Of a stretch of 64,000 nt of DNA, positions 31,414-44,783 are shown in pieces. The translations under genes and the position numbers were made by a program. This DNA comes from the human T2T-CHM13v2.0 reference genome, Homo sapiens: NCBI RefSeq assembly GCF_009914755.1, contig NC_060935.1. One strand, written 5' to 3'. The notes beneath the pieces are model-generated. The model made no database searches. It saw nothing but the letters and a program-made list of their open reading frames with translations, and was not told the DNA's origin. Position 1 is the stretch's first letter; every line of letters begins with the position of its first letter.

Positions 31414-33791
31414 TGATATGATTTGACTGTGTATGCACTCTAATCTCATCTTGAATTGTAGGTCCCATAATCCCCACATGTCATGGGAGGGAACCAGTGG
31501 GAGGTAATTGAATCATAGGGGTGGGTTTTTTTCATGCTGTTCTCCTGATAGTGAATGTGTTTCACAAGATCTGATGGTTTTATAAAGGGCAGTTCTCCTG
31601 CACACACTCTCTTGCCTGCTGCCGTGTAAGATGTGCCTTTGCCCCTCCTTCACCTTCTGCCATGATTGTGAGGCCTCCCCAGTCATGTGGAACTGTGAGT
31701 CCATTAAACCTCTTTTTCTTTATAAATTACTCAGTCCTGAGTATTTCTTCATAGCAGTATGAAAATGGACTAATATAGTAAATTGGTACCAGTAAAGTAG
31801 GGTACTGCTATAATGATACTCAAAAATGTGGAAGTGACTTTGGAATTGGGTAACATAGGTTGGACAGTTTGAGGGCTCAAGATAAGACAGGAAAATGTGG
31901 GAAAGTTTGCAACTTCCTAGAGATTTGGAGGGCTCAGAAGACAGGAAGGTCTGGGAAATTTTGAAAATTCCTGGAGAGTTGCTGAATGACAATTTTGACC
32001 AAAATGCTGATAGTGATGGACAGTGAAGTCCAGGCTGAGGTAGTTTCAGAAGATGAGGAACTTGTTGGGAACTGGATTAAAGGTCACTCTTCTGATATGA
32101 AGAGACTGGCAGCATTTTGCCCCTGCCCTAGAGATTTGTGGAACTTTCAACTTGTGAGAGACAATTTAAGGTATCTGGTGGAAGAAATGTCTACGTAGCA
32201 AAGTGCTCAAGATGTGACTTGGGTGCTATTAAAACCCTTCAGTTATATGTATTCACAAAGATACGGTTTGCCATTGGAACTTACATTTAAAAGGAAAGCA
32301 GAGCATAAAAGTTTGGAGAACTTGCTGCTTGATCATGAAATAGAAAAGAAAAACCCATTTTCTGAGGAGAAATTCAAGCTGGCTGTAGAAATTTTCATAA
32401 GTAACAAGGAGAGAAATGTTAATCACCAAGACAATGAGGAAAATGTCTCCAGGGCAAGCCAGAGGTTTTCACAGCAACCCCTCCCATCACAAGCCAGGAG
32501 GCCTAGAAGGAAAAAATGGTTTTGTGGGCCAGACCCAGGACCTTGCTGCTTTGTACAGTCTCTAGACTTGATGCCCTGCATCCCAGCCATGGCCAAAGGG
32601 TCCAATGTACAGCTCAGGACATTGCTTCAAAGGTGAAATCTCCAAGCCTTGGTGGCTTCCACATGGTGTTGGGTCTGCAGGTGCACAGAAGTCAGGAATT
32701 GAGGTGTGGGCACCTCTGCCTAGATTTCAGAGGATGTATGGAAATGCCTGGATGTCAGGCAGCAGTGTGCTGCAGAAACAGAGCCCTCATGGAGAACCTC
32801 TGCTAGGGCAGTGTGGAAGGGATATGTGGAGTTGGAGGCCCCACACTGTGTCCCCACTGGGGCACTGCCTAGTGGAGCTGTGAGAAGAGGGCCACTGTCC
32901 TCCAGATCCCAGAATGGTAGATCCACTGATAACTTGCACATTGCACCTGGAAAAGCCACAGATGCTCAACTCCAGCCTGTGAAAGCAGCCAGTGGGGAGA
33001 CTGTACCCTACAAAGCCACAAAGGTGGAGTTGCCCAAGACTGTGGGAACCCACTGTGCACATCAGCTTGTCCTGGATTTGAGACACAAAGTCAAAGGAGA
33101 TTATTTTGGAGCTTTAAGGTTTGACTCCTCTGCTGAATTTTGGACTTGCATGGGGCCTGTAGCCCCTTTGTTTTGGCCAACTTCTACCATGTAGAATGGG
33201 TGTATTTACCCAATGCCTGTATCCCCATTGTATCTTGGAAGTAACTAACTTGCTTTTAATTTTACAGGCTCATAGGCAGAAGAGATTTTACTTGCCTCAG
33301 ATGAGACTTTGGACTGTGGACCTTTGAGTTAATGCTGAAATGAGTTGAGACTTTGGGGGACTGTTGGGAAGACATGCTTGGCTTTAAAATGTGAGGACAT
33401 AAGATTTGGGAGGGGCCAGGGTTGGCATGATATGGTTTGGCTGTGTCCTCACCCAAATCTCATCTTGAATTGTAGCTCCCATAATCCCCATGTGTCATGG
33501 AAGGGACCCAGTGGGAGGTAATTGATTCATAGGGGTGGGTTTTTCCTGTGCTGTTCTCATGATAGTGAATAAGTCTCACAAGATTGGATGGTTTGATAAA
33601 AGGCAGTTCCCCTGCACATACTCTCTTGCCTGCCACCATGCAAGACATGACTTTGCTTCTCCTTCACCTTCTGCCATGATTGTGAGGGCTCTCCAGCCAT
33701 GTGAAACTGTGAGTCCATTCAACCTCTTTTTCTTTATAAATTACCCAGTCTCAGGTATTTCTTCATAGAAGTATGAAAATGGACTAATACA
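31414..33791 (+). mobile_element. Full-length THE1 (THE1D-like) MaLR: LTR 31414-31777, internal 31778-33427, LTR 33428-33791
   Basis: Two homologous LTRs (tgatatg...ggactaata(t/c)a); MaLR internal region; perfect 5-bp TSD acctt at 31409-31413 and 33792-33796. Confidence 0.95.
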
Positions 33792-34178
33792 ACCTTCAAT
33801 TCACCTTCTCTCTCCAACTAAATGACTTCATTTTCACTCTATTTCTGCTACCCCTCTAGAATTTCAGAGGACAGTTTCCAAGTACTTTTATTTCCAAAAA
33901 CATCCTTCTCCCATAACATCTGCATCACTACTCTCATCTCTTTAATGTTTATTCTCATTTTTTTTGTTTTCTCTTTCATCTTTGCCTTAGCCCTATGCCC
34001 TGGCTATTTCTCTTTAGTTTTAAACAGACTCACAAATCCCATTACCCAAAACCAGGATAAAAAAGGAAGAAAAAAGCCAATACAAACACCACTACCAAGA
34101 GAAAACTTGTTTTGCCTGTTTTTCTATTTGGTTCCCATTTCTTCTTTGATCTGATTGCAGTCTATTCTTGTCCCTTAA

Positions 34179-34504
<326 letters not shown>

Positions 34505-34544
34505 TCACTACTTATTTTCTTAAGATCCAAATTACATTACCTGA

Positions 34545-34678
34545 TTAAAACTATATAATGCAACATGTTAATAGTAGGCAATATTGGGGAGGGGTTATAT
34601 TAGAACTACCTGTGCTTTCTGATCAATTTTTCTATAAATCTAAAAGAGCTAAAGAAAAAAATACTTGTTTTAAAAAAG
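34545..34678 (+). mobile_element. Old L1M 3' end
   Basis: 'gaactacctgtgctttctgatcaatttttctataaatctaaaa'. Confidence 0.6.
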
Positions 34679-35872
34679 ATAATCTAGTAAATGAGTGCAT
34701 CATACTTAATATTCCTGGAATATTATGCTATATGTTATGTTATTGATAAAGATAATTTAAAAGTCAACTAAAATTCTGAGGCATTAAAAAAACTGTATTT
34801 GGCAGCTGCCATTGATCTACTAAGTGCTCACTCTAATGGGTACTTATTCATCTTATTCCTTTACCTCTATGCTATCGGACTCTGCTAACCTATTTTCCAA
34901 CTGCCTGGAATAGAGCAGCTGTATTTCTGATGGTTCTTTTTCAATCTAATCATTATAACAAAAATAGTTGAATATTCATGTAACAGTTGGGAAAATAATG
35001 GTTCAAGCAAATTGCAATGCTAATAAATGGTAGTAAATGACTGAATAGACATAAAAACCAAAGGACTTTTTCCCTGTTAGTCATCATTTTCTCTATCAAA
35101 TGGGCCACTCTAATCCTGAAACTCATTCTTCTTACTGACTGCCCTATATCTATTAAAGACACTGCTATTTTTCTACTCACCCAATGGCAAAACCTTAAGC
35201 ATCTGAAATCACATATGGCTACAAAGATTTCTTCCTGTAACCACGGACCCAAAGAGGCTGGAGTTCACTGCTACTCTAGACTAATTGCTTCCTTTTTCCA
35301 AATGTGAAGGCTGAAACTTGGGGGAAAGGAAGTGATGGGAAGGAATGACAGTCTATGATGTTATTATTTGTAACTACAGGTTTGGGACTAGAACTTTAGT
35401 CTTCTTGATTCCTAGCCTAATCTGTCCTAACCTCATCAGACTATGACTCAGAGGGAGGTGAAAATATTGAGGATATTGTGGGTGGCACCCTCCTGGGGCA
35501 GGTGAATCAGCCTTTAGTGAATGTACTGTCCTAGAAACTCTGTTTCTAATCACTTGACTAGCATCAGTTTCAAGCAGTGGGCCTCTTGGTACTTCCTACT
35601 TTTTTTACCTTAGTAATGATCCAGTTTTCCCAGGGCACAGCTACATTTCCTACAGTTGAATACATAAACCTTAAGTCAACTTGTGAATATTGGTGTTAGT
35701 ACTCATTTCTTCCAAATAATCCCTAAGAATGTCCACCATTCCATTAGTGTCATGATTCCAAAATACATGTGAGCCTAGTAATTGAAGTCATCAGTGTGGC
35801 TTCAGTGTGCAAAGCCAATTTCTGATTTTTTAAAAACAGAGATGATGTACAGAAGGTATAAAGAGTAATCTT

Positions 35873-37851
35873 TTGAAGAGGTCCTTCACATCCTTTCTAA
35901 GTTGTATTCCTAGGTATTTTATTCTCTTTGTAGCCATTGTGAATGGGAGTTCATTCATGATTTGGCTCTCTCTCTATAATTGGTGGATAGGAATGCTTGT
36001 GATTTTTGCACATTGATTTTGTATACTCAGACTTTGCTGAAGTTGCTTATCAGCTTAAGGAGATTTGAGGCTGAGACGATGGGGTTTTCTAAATATACAA
36101 TCATGTCATCTGCAAACAGAGACAATTTATCTTCCTCTCTTTCTATTTGAATACCGTTTATTTTATAAACCACAGCTCAAGGAAATAAGAGAGGAGGCAA
36201 ACAAATGGAAAAACATTCCATGCTCATGGATAGAAAGAATCAATATTGTGAAAATGGCCATACTGCCCAAAGTAATTTATAGATTCAGTGCTAATACCAT
36301 CAAGCTACCATTGACTTTCTTCACAGAATTAGAAAAAAACTACTTTAAATTTCATAGGGAACCAACAAAAAGCCCAGATAGCCAAGACAATCCTAAGCAA
36401 AAAGAACAAAGCTGGAGGCATCATGCTACCTGACTTCAAACAACACTACAAGGCTATGGTAACCAAAACAGCATGGTACTGGTACCAAAACAGATATATA
36501 GACCAATGGAACAAAATAGAGGCCTGAGAAATAATGCCAGACATCTACAACCATCTGATCTTTAACAAACCTGACAAGAACAAGCAATGGGGAAAGGATT
36601 CCCTATTCCATAAATGTTGTTGGGAAAACTGGCTAGCCATATACAGAAAACTGAAACTGGACCCTTTCCTTACACATTATGCAAAAATTAACTCAAGATG
36701 GATTAAAGACATAAATGTAAGACCTAAAACCATAAAAACACTAGAAGAAAACCTAGGCAATACCATTCAGGACATATGCATGGGCAAAGACTTTATGACT
36801 AAAACACTAAAAGCAATGGCAACAAAGGCCATAATTGACAAATGGGATCTAATTAAACTAAAGAGCTTCTAAACAGCAAAAGAAACTGTCATCAGAGTGA
36901 ATAGGCAACCTACAGAATGGGAGAACATTTTTGCAATCTATCCATGTGACAAAGGGGCTAATATCCAGAATCTACAAAGATCATAAACAAATTTACAGGA
37001 AAAAAAAAAAAAACCCATCAAAAAGTGGGCAAAGGATATGAACAGACACTTCTCAAAAGAAGACATTTATGGGGCCAACAAACATATGAAAAAAAAACCT
37101 CATCATCGCTGGTCATTATAGAAATGCAAATCAAAACCACAATGAGATAACATCTCACGCCAGTTAGAACGGCAATCATTAAAAAGTCAGGAAACAACAA
37201 GTGCTGGAGAAGATGTGTAGAAATAGGAACACTTTTACACTGTTGCTGGGAGTGTAAATTAGTTCAACCGTTGTGGAAGACAGTGTGGCAATTCCACAAG
37301 GATCTAGAAACAAAAATAACATTTGACCCAGCAATCCCATTACTGGGTATATACCCAAAGGATTATAAATCATTCTACTATAAAGACACATGAACATGTA
37401 TGTTTATTGCAGCACTGTTCACAATAGCAAAGATGTGGAACCAACCCAGATGCCCATCAATGATAGAGTGGATAAAGAAAATGTGGTGCATATACACAAT
37501 GGAATACTATGCAGCCATAAAAAATGATGCGTCATGTCCTTTGCAGAGACATGGATGAAGCTGGGAACCATCATTCTCAGGAAACTAACACAGGAATAGA
37601 AAACCAAACACCACATGTTCTCACTTATAAAGAAAAATGAGAACACATGGACACAGGGAGAGGAACATCACACAGCGGGGCCTGTCGGGGGTGGGGAGCT
37701 AGGGGAGGGATAGCATTAGGAGAAATACCTAATGTAGGTGACGGGTTGATGGGTGCAGCAAAACACCATGGCACGTGTATACCTATGTAACAAAACTGCA
37801 CGTTCTGCACATGTATCCCAGAACTTAAAGTATAATAAAAAAAAGAAAAAA
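35873..37851 (+). mobile_element. 5'-truncated, 5'-inverted L1PA7/8-like LINE-1 (35873-~36163 antisense; ~36164-37851 sense)
   Basis: Antisense RT piece, then sense ORF2 C-terminus and 3'UTR ('ggagaaatacctaatgtaggtgacgggttgatggg'); TSD core aaagagtaatc at 35860-35870 and 37872-37882. Confidence 0.92.
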
Positions 37852-38035
37852 CGAGTTTTGTTCCCCCCCAAAAAGAGTAATCCCTTGAATAATAAGAATA
37901 TCACCAGAGATAATTCAATTTTCTATTTATTTTCAAATGGCTATATTTTCTATACTCCACTTGCCATAAAAACAATGACTCAAATATTTATTAATGTAAT
38001 TTTAATGGCTGGAGAGCTCTTATAAATCCCCCCTA

Positions 38036-38332
38036 TTTTTTTTTTTTTTTTAGATGAAGTCTTGCTCTGTCACCCAGGCTGGAGGGTAATGGCATGATCT
38101 CCGTTTACTGCAACCACCGCCTCCCGGATTGAAGCCATTCTCCTGCCTCTGCCTCCCCAGTAGCTGGGATTACAGGTGCCCACCATCATGCCTGGCTAAT
38201 TTTTGTATTTTTAGTAGAGATGGGGTTTTACCATGTTGGCCAGGCTGGTCTCAAACTCCTGACCTCAGGTTATTCGCCTGCCTCAGCCTCCCAAAGTGCT
38301 GGGATTACAGACATGAGTCACCACCCCTGGCC
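38036..38332 (-). mobile_element. AluS
   Basis: Full dimer; degenerate TSD aatcccc..atttt. Confidence 0.9.
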
Positions 38333-39894
38333 ACAATCCCCTCATTTTAAATAAACTTAAAAAAGAACTTACGTATACAAGCATTTCCCAAGACCAAAAC
38401 ACTGCATAGAGGAAGCAGTAGATACCCTAGATTATGATGGTCTATCTCGGCTTGCTTTTCTTCTATGAAATTATGTGTTCAAACTGAAATAATGTAACAG
38501 AATAGCTGCACATGTAATCCCACATATATACATATGCCTGTGTGCACAGGACAGTTTAAAATTACTTGGAACTTTTTCTGGGGTGATTTTTATGCCTTGT
38601 TTTTGCCCACCCACATAGCTAAACCTCTTTAGTCCCTGTAGTGTCATTTCTCTCTTATTCCTGTAGGCTGCAACATTCCCAATTTAGTATCATCTGAGAG
38701 CATAATTGAAGTGCCATTTATCCTTTTTTATGTACCATGAACTGATAAAAGTGAAAAAGTTGAAGTCTTAAATACAGTTGCGTTTATCTTCAAGTTTTTT
38801 CCTCAGGTATGACAAAAAATATGCTTATAGTGCCCCACATAGTTCTGATATTCTTTTGTAAAAGATGATAATATAAATCCAAAGTAAGGCAGTATCCTAC
38901 AGAAACTTTAATTTGGCAGACATGAGAGAAGAAATGTTCAAGATGCAAACTAGAAGCCTGCACAATCAAATTTGCTTATGAAATCCAGGTAATATGTGGA
39001 AATGAAGGAAAACAGACATCAACCCCATCTCTCTTTGAATTCAAGTTCTTGAAACCTATAGGAGGTGCAGGAGGGAGGGTATAGGAATGTACCTGGTCAA
39101 AATTCTAATGTAGGAGAAGAAATAATGTTTCTAAGATTAAAATCCCATTAATATTACATAAAAGAAAAGCTGTGGCTTAGTTTCTGCATTGAGTTTGCGT
39201 TTTTACTACCCCCCACCCACCGCCATGCTTTGATTTGGCCTTTCAGATATTTCAACCTCTCTTCCTTTCCCTGAACTAACTCAGTGTTCGGCTGTGATCA
39301 TTCTATTTTCCAAACCTCTTTGCTACTTTAAAAAATTAGGAAGTCAGGTAGAAAAACTCTGAGTACAACTTCTCATAACTCATCTTTAATGAAATTAAAA
39401 TGTAATGATCTTTGGCAGTTACAGCACTGATGGTCACTCCCATAATGAGCAAGGATTTTTCACAGGAGACAAATCTAAATCAGGTCACCCTCACAGTAAA
39501 AACTTACCTATTCCAATGGAATTTAAATGGTTAACATAGAATAGTCATAGAGGCACTCCCAAGATGGGTAAAAATATCAGCAGATAAAGCTAAAACAATA
39601 AAATCACTCTAGGTTGCATGGTAATTCCTGAGATTAATTTATATTTCAGGGAAGATGACAGTAATAACAGAAGAATTCCTGAGAGCGAAAATTACCTCTT
39701 ACTCTTTTTTTGAGATTAAGACTATAGTGAATATAAGACACTCAGATGACAACTGTCTACCATTGTATGGAGGCCCATAGATATGCATTCATTCTTTGGA
39801 CAGTTTGAAATTTCAAAGGAGAATGAATTAAAGTAAGATTTCCATCCAGGAGTTTTAAAAAGAGAGAGGATAATGGTAGTAGTCCTATGCTAGA

Positions 39895-40249
39895 TGATAC
39901 GGTTTGACTGTGTCCCCACCCAAATCTCAACTTGAATTGTATCTCCCATAATCCCCACATGTTGTGGGAGGGACCCAGGGGGATATAATTGAATCATGGG
40001 GGCTGGTCTTTCCCGTGCACTTCTCGTGATAGTGAATCAGTGTCATGTGATCTGATGGGTTTATCAGGGGTTTCCACTTTTGCTTCTTCCTCATTTTTCT
40101 CTTGCTGCCACCGTGTAAGAAGTGCCTTTCACCTCCAGCCATGATTATGAGGTCTCCTCAGCCATGTGGAACTGTAAGTCCAATTAAACCTCTTTTTGTT
40201 CCCAGTTTCAGGTATGTCTTTATCAGCAGTGTGAAAACAGACTAATACA
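39895..40249 (+). mobile_element. Solo THE1 LTR (THE1A-like)
   Basis: tgatacggtttg...cagactaataca with THE1A-type 'tttatcaggggtttccacttttgcttcttcctc'. Confidence 0.88.
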
Positions 40250-40442
40250 CCAGGCAATGTTCTCCTTGAAATGCAACTCAAGTTTGAATGTCATTTAGGC
40301 AGTCAATGGTCCTTTAAATGACAAGATTTCAAAGATAATTATAAAGCTCACTTGTCACCTGGCAATCAACCATTAGCTACATTTTTAAATACATTTTAAA
40401 TACAGGTAAAAGGATGAAGAGATGATCCTAAGGAGATAACTA

Positions 40443-40781
40443 TAATAGTCCCCACTTATCCACGGTGAATGTGCTCCAAGACCCCCAGCAGATGCCTAAA
40501 ACCATGGGTAGTATTGAACCCTACATATACTATGTTTCTTCCTATACATACATACTTATGTTAAAGTTTAATTTATAAATTATTCACAGAAAGATATTAA
40601 CAATAATAGCTAATAATAAAATAGAACAATTGTAATATACTGTAATAAAAGTTTTGTGAATGTGGTCTCTCTCTTTCTCTCTGTATCAAAATATCTTATT
40701 ATATTCTACTCACCTATTTTTGAAATGTGGCTGACCACCAATACTGAAACCACAGAAAGTAAAATCAAAGGGGTACTACTG
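40443..40781. mobile_element. MER44A-like Tigger MITE
   Basis: Terminal inverted repeats 'tagtccccacttatcc' / 'ggggtactactg'; TA flanks. Confidence 0.8.
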
Positions 40782-43627
40782 TAAAAAAATGTTTAAAAGT
40801 GGAACAACTAAGATGTTCACAAATTTCACAAGATACCATCTAAAAATAAGAAGACTTTTCATGAGAATAAGATATCACCCACTTCATTCTCTAAGGGTTT
40901 CAGTTGAGATGCAAAGATACATGTTTAATTCCTGAACTCATAATAGGTTTTTTGGTACTTCTATAATGGGTAAGCATATGCAAGGCAACTAATTCAGGAA
41001 GCCAATTCCCCAGTCCCATTTAGGAAGGCTATCATATTCTCTAGTCTCTTTGGTGCCATATCAAGATGCATGAAGGTGTCAAGTGGCTTGTGATCATTCC
41101 TAAAATGAGTCAACTATTTGAGAAGTGATGATCTAAGTCACAAAGTCCTACTTCTAACCACTTTTATTTAAATGGAATCCCCAACAATGGGTAAGGACCT
41201 TGGAGGTAACCATCTAAAACATAAGACCTATTGAGAAGATTACTTTGACCTACTCCTTTACTCAAATTTCTAATAGTGAGCTTTGTTAATGACTGTTGCT
41301 ACTTGGTACTTCTGGGAAGCTCCAAGTTGTCAGAGGAAATCAAGAAGAGAAGGGAGAATGGTTCTATCTTAAGTTCTAATTCACTTTATCTTTTGTGAGT
41401 TTCAAGTGGGTGAATTTCAGCATGTCAACATGCTGTTGGGTATTATTTAATATTTACAATTATATCAAAGGTGGATTTTAATAGTAGGAAAAATGATAAA
41501 TAAGTGAGTAAAATCATTAATTGATTTTTCCATAATTTTAAAGAGAATCCTGGTGAAGAGTTTTACATATGTAGTATATGTATGTTTATGTTCACTTATT
41601 TACATAATTTTGTTTGGTTTTGGCATTTCACTTATTTCTTAAGTGTCCTACACCACATCCTGGGAAGAGCAAAAGTGTTGAGAACCTCAAAACAATTACT
41701 ATTTATGTCATTCTAGGATTTATATTAACTGCTAAGTAGTATGACTACATTTACTAATAAGTTGTGATTATTGATTTCCTTATTTGATTTTTCGTGGGGT
41801 AGCTACCTCTTCTAGATTTAATATCTTTGTCTCTTAATGTAATGTTTATCAATTCTATAATAAGAGTGTGCCCCATTTTATCCTTCTGCTAGGACTTAAA
41901 TCTTAATCCAAATACTTCGGGTTTCTTACCTAACACAAAAAGAGAAACATTTCATTTGACATATGTATTGAGTTTGGCTTATAACCATTAAATGTCTCAC
42001 CATTGTGAGCTAAACTAATCATAATACAAATTTCTAGACTGTAGAATAGGTGATTCTTCATTTACTGAACTGAAATATTCTCAGAGGTACAGGGAATAAT
42101 CTGCACAATTCATATTATGATTAGTATAGGTTTCAGAAATTTTTTACTGATGAAATCTCCCCTATCTTAGAACACAGCAAATTCAAAACCAGTAAGATAA
42201 TTTTATAGTTTGTTCATGGTACTTATATAGGTCTGTGTTCAAAGGAATTTCCATGTTTGAAGCCCAACACAGCACTTGTTAAAGGTAAGTAAAAGTCTCC
42301 TGAAGTAGAGCCTGAAAATAATAAACTGGAGGAAACAAACATTTTTGTAAGAAGAGGGCTGTATATTTGGTTTCAAACTTCAAAGAAGAAAAATAAAAAA
42401 GAATGAAACACGGCTAATTACAAAATTCATAAATTGAAAATAAATATGTATTTTCAGATAAAGCACTTGCTTTACTTACTTGTTCTTTCTTATTAGCTTT
42501 CCTGTTTTTTTCTGAATCAGATTTTTCCCTTAGAGTCTCATATGGATATGAATCATGGCCTATATTTTCAGTAACATTCCTATAACAAAGAAGAGTGGTG
42601 TTGCTATTTTCTAGTCTTATCTGCTAATGCAATCAGAGGTAGAATGTTAAACATTATTAATTTTAAAACATTACTCCAATTTCTCATTCCATGGGAAGCA
42701 TATTCTTGACTCAAACACATTGATAGATTTCAGATTGTACAGCTTGGGTCATTTGATCAACTATGTTCCCTAAAGTTGGAATTTGCAAAACACATGCCGA
42801 TCGCTGCTGCAACATGTTTCAAACTACAATTCCCTGGCCCTTCAGGAATCCCTTGTCCACCATTTCCATTATAATATCAACAATATGCCACTATTAGAAA
42901 TAGGTGTGCCCTCAAATGTATTGGGCTAGCAAAAAGTGGGAGTCTCTTAGCTGGGGATACTTGCTTACATGAGTCTGTGAATACGCTATGACTAGAATTT
43001 CAACCAAGCAACAAATTGAGAGCTTCTAAAGGAAGCATATCAGACAGATGCTTGTAGAAGTCTTAACTTATTTTTTGAGGCTGGGAATAGAAAAAGAGAT
43101 GTTTGTTTGAACTTCCAATGCACTCCCTCTGAGAAAAGCATACTTTGGAAGCAAGGTAATACAGGACAGGCGGCTACATGGTTGGGATCCAGCTTTTTTG
43201 TAAAGCTGGACAGCTCATTTTGTCTCACTGGGCAGCTTCATTTAAAAAATAGTATATATTTATCACGATACCTCACAGGGAGATTGGAAAACAGCATGAC
43301 ATGACTATGCTATATTTTCATTTTCTCAGAAAAATTGCATAGTTTAGATGGAGATCTGAAGTCAGTTTGAATTTTTGCAAAGTTGAAGGAGAGACATCGT
43401 TTTGAATGGCTTTGAGACATTATTTTGCAGGTGGTAAAAATCATAGGCTCTTTTCTGAGGTGTTCTATAAAGCTTAAGTTTTAAATATAGTCTCCAGAGA
43501 CGGAAGGAATATGGGAGAAAAAGAAGGCAAGAGGTGCCGAAGAAGAAAGATCAATTAGAATTAAGTTTCTACTCTCGTGTCTTGAACTATGTTAAGTACA
43601 GATTGCATCATACTTAACAAATAGTTA

Positions 43628-44124
<497 letters not shown>

Positions 44125-44416
44125 TCATGAAGAATAAATTGAACTGAGTTACATTTTGAATGGACTTAGATCATTTTGCTTTACATATAGATACCAAGGA
44201 AGTTAACCAAATAGCATTGTCTAAGGCTCTTCAGTTTGCCTTGCATGTATGCTGTTTCCACGTGTTTCAGAGTGTTACTGTTATAGCGTTTATTTTAGCA
44301 TAAAATACTTTTTCTATGCTATCAATTTATTCAGTTTAGCTTGAGGGCAAGATAATCATAAGCCCCCAAACATTGAAAACTTGTTGAAGAAAATGGTTTT
44401 TAAATAGAATGCATTT

Positions 44417-44783
<367 letters not shown>

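Noticed and set aside
31865-31985. ~55-bp tandem repeat at the start of the THE1 internal region
   Set aside because: As I recall it is common to many THE1 internal copies, so not locus-specific
31986-33194. Overlapping 70-140 aa ORFs here and at 55.8-57.1 kb
   Set aside because: Degenerate MaLR internal sequence with no intact long ORF
42781-43100. snRNA-type gene promoter (octamer plus SPH distal element)
   Set aside because: Imperfect octamer; no convincing PSE or recognisable snRNA body nearby
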